From Candidatus Sigynarchaeum calidifontis (lineage in GTDB: Archaea > Asgardarchaeota > Lokiarchaeia > Sigyniarchaeales > Sigyniarchaeaceae), in contig JAUQYZ020000256.1 of the NCBI GenBank assembly GCA_030587475.2, positions 1 through 46,520 of the forward strand: DNA of 46,520 nucleotides, written 5' to 3'. Numbering within the stretch: the first letter of the stretch is position 1; the number at the start of each line of letters is the position of its first letter. The position numbers and the translations under genes were made by a program. The notes under the pieces are model-generated. The model saw only the letters and a list, made by a program, of their open reading frames with translations. It had not been told where the DNA came from and searched no databases. Positions 44,896 to 46,520 of the stretch are shown here, in pieces.

Positions 44896-46520
44896 AAAGC
44901 GGCGGAAAAATGAGCCGGATGCGCAAAGCGGGTCTTGGAGATGATGATGACCCTGATGACCGGGATATCCAAACATATCCCAGCCTGGTGCTGATCAAGC
45001 GAACATGGCGATACTTGCGGCCGTACCTTCTCCAATTCTCGATCGTGCTTGTCATCATCGTCATCAACGCGTTCGTGAAGGTCTACCCCGTGCGGATCCT
45101 TGCTTCGGCCATCGACACCGCGGAGAAGTTGATGGCAGGAGAAATTCCGCTGAGCCAAGCCACGAGCTTGTACGGCTTCGGGCTCGAGTTGATGCTCTTC
45201 TACTGCCTTTCATGGGCACTCACGACATCGAACCACTATTTCATGGGCTACATCTCCCAGCACACGACGTTCGACTTGCGGCAAGAAATGTTCATCAAGC
45301 TACAGCACCTCTCTTTTTCCTACTACGACAAGCGAAAAGCGGGAAAGATCATGAGCCGGGTATTGAGCGATGTAGAGACCATCCACAACTTGATGACCAA
45401 CGGGTTCCCCTTGCTGCTCGGTGACACGATCTCGATCGTGTTCATCGTGTACTTGTTGATCGAGTACTCGTGGCAGCTCACCCTCCTCACCTTCATCGTC
45501 GGCCCGCTGTTTCTCCTCGTGACAAGCATCGTGTCGAAGCGCGCCCGGCGCATATACGACAAGTCCCGCAAGACGATCGCGGAGGTGTACACGAAGCTGG
45601 AGCAAGGCGTATCGGGAATGAAGACCACCATGGCGTTCACGCGGGAAGAGCAATCCGCGCAAGAATTCGACGTGGCAAATCGTGCGAACATGGAAACAAA
45701 TATCCAAGCCGGCAAGCTCATGGCGTCGGTCGGGCCCATTTTCCAAACCATCGGATTCGGCGTCCTATCGTTGGTTTTCATCGCGGCATTCTTTTTCTTG
45801 CGGGTGGAAACGTCGCCCGGCGTGTATGATTTCGAAACCGACAAGTTCGTCGCCTTCATCCTCCTCGTGCTCCAGTTCTATTCCCCGATCACCCAACTCG
45901 CGGGTTTCTACAACCAGATCCAAGCCGCGTTTGCAGGTGGATCGCGCATTTTCTCGACGCTCGATGAGGAGGTCGAAATCAAGAACAAACCTGGCGCGAT
46001 CTCAGACCACGTGATTTCAGGACGAGTGGAATTTAAAGGCGTGCATTTTCATTACAAGGAAGGAATCCCCGTCCTTAAAAACGTGAGCGTGACCATCCCG
46101 GCGCGTTCATCGCTCGCGATCGTCGGTTACACGGGCGCTGGGAAGACCACGTTCATCAACCTTCTTTGCCGGTTTTACGACGTCACGCAGGGCCAGATCC
46201 TTGTCGACGGGATCGACATCCGTGACATGACCCTATCATGCCTTCGCAGGCAGCTTGGCATCGTGCTCCAGCACCCGTTTCTCTTCACGGACACGGTCAA
46301 GGAAAACATCAAGTACGGGGCGAATGTTAGCGACGAGGAGATCGTCGCTGTAGCAAAAAAAATAGGCGCGCACGAGTTCATCATGGCCCTGGAGAAGGGA
46401 TACGACACGGTCGTTCGCGAGCGGGGATTGTTGCTTGCCCAAGGCCAGAGGCAGCTCGTTTCATTCGCGCGGGCGCTCCTCGTGAACCCGAAGATCCTCA
46501 TTCTCGACGAGGCCACGAGC
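44892..46520 (+). CDS. ABC exporter (TMD+NBD), consensus-site subunit; 3'-truncated by the window end, absent from the ORF track
   Basis: ATGA overlap with the upstream stop; frame MKSGGKMSR...WRYLRPY continues to Walker A GYTGAGKT, signature LAQGQRQL and Walker B ILILDEATS at the window edge. Confidence 0.93.
   Translation, partial: MKSGGKMSRMRKAGLGDDDDPDDRDIQTYPSLVLIKRTWRYLRPYLLQFSIVLVIIVINAFVKVYPVRILASAIDTAEKLMAGEIPLSQATSLYGFGLELMLFYCLSWALTTSNHYFMGYISQHTTFDLRQEMFIKLQHLSFSYYDKRKAGKIMSRVLSDVETIHNLMTNGFPLLLGDTISIVFIVYLLIEYSWQLTLLTFIVGPLFLLVTSIVSKRARRIYDKSRKTIAEVYTKLEQGVSGMKTTMAFTREEQSAQEFDVANRANMETNIQAGKLMASVGPIFQTIGFGVLSLVFIAAFFFLRVETSPGVYDFETDKFVAFILLVLQFYSPITQLAGFYNQIQAAFAGGSRIFSTLDEEVEIKNKPGAISDHVISGRVEFKGVHFHYKEGIPVLKNVSVTIPARSSLAIVGYTGAGKTTFINLLCRFYDVTQGQILVDGIDIRDMTLSCLRRQLGIVLQHPFLFTDTVKENIKYGANVSDEEIVAVAKKIGAHEFIMALEKGYDTVVRERGLLLAQGQRQLVSFARALLVNPKILILDEATS

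Noticed and set aside
1-46520. Selenoprotein or stop-codon readthrough
   Set aside because: No recognised gene is split by an in-frame TGA or TAG at a catalytic position. The stops I traced in the left SDR remnant are TAA and come with a frame change and a deletion.

Overview
46.5 kb of GC-rich chromosomal DNA from an archaeon, most likely an Asgard archaeon (Lokiarchaeia-like). That assignment is inferred from a Rab-like GTPase, an Arf/Rag-like GTPase with a C-terminal roadblock/longin-like domain, two longin-like proteins, an SDS22-type LRR protein, archaeal TATA-like promoters and short leaders. About 34 intact CDS are present. Metabolic genes: fhs, Fe-ADH, a GlcD/GlcF-like pair, an FAD oxidoreductase. 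Lipid, ester and glycan enzymes: two CocE/NonD hydrolases, an alpha/beta hydrolase, a DAG kinase, a B12 radical SAM enzyme, a polyprenol-P-Man synthase, an SGNH protein, a GH57/GH38-like protein, a tocopherol-cyclase-like protein. Also a vapBC pair, transporters (MOP flippase-like, MFS, heterodimeric ABC exporter whose second subunit runs off the window) and two decayed SDR genes. I saw no rRNA, tRNA, CRISPR array, transposase or integrase. The best unexplained signals are: (1) a GC-rich multi-hairpin ncRNA candidate at about 11.95-12.15 kb with its own TATA-like box and T-rich terminator, facing a two-gene module (Trp-repeat solenoid plus lipocalin-like protein); (2) an unannotated 35-aa membrane microprotein; (3) a GH57/GH38 hybrid hydrolase; (4) a serine-less SGNH protein; (5) clusters of eukaryotic-signature GTPase, longin and Zn-finger genes. 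All calls come from motif recognition by eye; no searches or folding programs were run.
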